Part shown: positions 62,750 through 64,000 of the stretch, one piece after another | How positions within the stretch are numbered: position 1 is the stretch's first letter | How the letters are laid out: each line of letters begins with the position of its first letter | Position numbers and translations under genes: made by a program | Assembly: GCA_030704615.1 (NCBI GenBank) | Contig: CM060732.1 | Location: 27,900,001-27,964,000, forward strand | Length of the DNA: 64,000 nt | Source of the DNA: Takakia lepidozioides | Taxonomy: Eukaryota; Plantae; Bryophyta | Direction: 5' to 3' | The notes under the pieces: model-generated | The model's database searches: none | What the model was told of the DNA's origin: nothing | The model's input: the letters and a program-made list of their open reading frames with translations, nothing else

Positions 62750-64000
62750 CTATCCAATGCAATGTGGACATAACCAATCCCCATCCGGAACCATCTCAAG
62801 AGGTGGAGTCAAGCATCCCATATGCCAACCTCTAGAGCATCGATCACACACCAGCATGGTGGCTGCCCCTTTAGCAGACCCACACAACATGCACCTCAAA
62901 CCTGCAGATACCACTGCCAGGTTTGGGTCAATCCTGCCATCGACATTCGGAAGGTGACATGGCGCACAATTACGCACATGGTCCTTCCAAGTTATGCCAT
63001 CCCGACCCTCCAAGACCAAGACGCCTGAGGGCAAGACCTCTCGAACCCTCAAAATAACACGTCCTGCAGTCACATCCAGGGTCGTAGGAGCAGTCTGCTG
63101 CAGATAGACATAGTCACCAGGGTTGAATCTCCGAACCCCAGGACGATAGCCCCCACCACGTATGGTAGCATACCTCAACGTATCACGGTGTTGTGCAATG
63201 GCAAGGTTCTCGAAAGCCATGGGCATGACTCTTCTTGAACAACTCTGCACGCTGCTCACATGCACGTGCCCACACGTCCGGATCGTCAAGGTTAAGAACT
63301 GTAGCAGCTTCTCTGCGAATGGATGTAGGCAAATCCGGCTCTCGGCCAAAGAGAAGAAAGTATGGTGAGAAGGAGGCAAGTGATGCTTGCTTGCTGAACC
63401 TGTAGCCCATGGCTAACCAGGGTAACTGAAGGTCCCAATCTCCTAGGTGTCCCTTCTGCAAGCCATACTTGCGCAAACCCCTCTTTACTGTCTGAACAAC
63501 TCTCTCTGCCAAGCCATCGGCCTCAGGATGATCCCGAGAAGTGGTGCGGTGGTCTATCAAGGCCTTGTCACACAAAAACTCCCCCAAGAACTCTCTCCCT
63601 TGGTCCGTGAGTACCTCAGCTGGAGCACCGAATCGGCTAAGCACACAATCCAAGAATGCATACGCAGCTCCCTCACTAGCCTTATCAGGCAATGGAACCA
63701 ATTCAATCCACTTGGAGAAGTGCTCCACCATCACCAACACGTACTTGTTGTGGCGCATGGTCAGTGGCAACGGCCCTGCGAAGTCAAGACTCCACTGTAG
63801 CCCAATCCCATGATCGGAAGAGGGTGCAATTGTGGAGTAGGGGCGTTGAATGAAGCACGCACCCTGTCACACACCATGCACCTAGCCACAAATTTGTGCA
63901 CCTCTGTGTGCATACCACGCCACCATACTGCCCCTGCAGTAGACTATGAGTGCGTCGCACCCCAAAATGCCCCAACTCCTCATGGGCATGCCGCACTAAC
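62750..64000 (-). mobile_element. Ty3/gypsy integrase with C-terminal PHD finger (frameshifted; runs off window)
   Basis: HEELGHFG (HHCC), SLDFAGP, TDQGREF, ADGLAER, FSPYFLLFGREP, then CMLC...MLVCDRCSRGWHMGCLTPPLEMVPDGDWLCPHC (C4HC3). Confidence 0.92.

Overview
Eukaryotic nuclear DNA from a seed-free land plant, probably a hornwort or fern. That host call is an inference from a plastid rpoC2 insert carrying apparent U-to-C editing sites. Two host genes could be reconstructed from spliced exons: a 13-exon DCAF4/WDR21-like WD40 gene (minus, 5857-15326) and a UVR-HEAT-TPR gene (plus, ~39280-45930). There is also a decayed DNA primase small-subunit fragment. The rest is mobile DNA: four near-identical copies of an RTE/RTEX-like LINE, two old L1-like 3' ends, MITEs, an internally deleted Ty3/gypsy element with a large extra ORF, and a gypsy integrase ending in a PHD finger. 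The most notable structure is a cluster (21-37 kb) of three divergent Mutator-like elements. Their transposase has a GCM/WRKY-type zinc DNA-binding domain, a DDE core with a conserved intron, an unrecognised Cys-rich domain and a SWIM finger. They are accompanied by a divergent second ORF and by strictly helically phased palindrome arrays. One array is a 24-bp palindrome every 53 bp with an ATGCGG half-site resembling the animal GCM motif; the other is a 22-bp palindrome every 42 bp. The 53-bp array looks CRISPR-like but is not. All calls come from manual reading; no searches were run.
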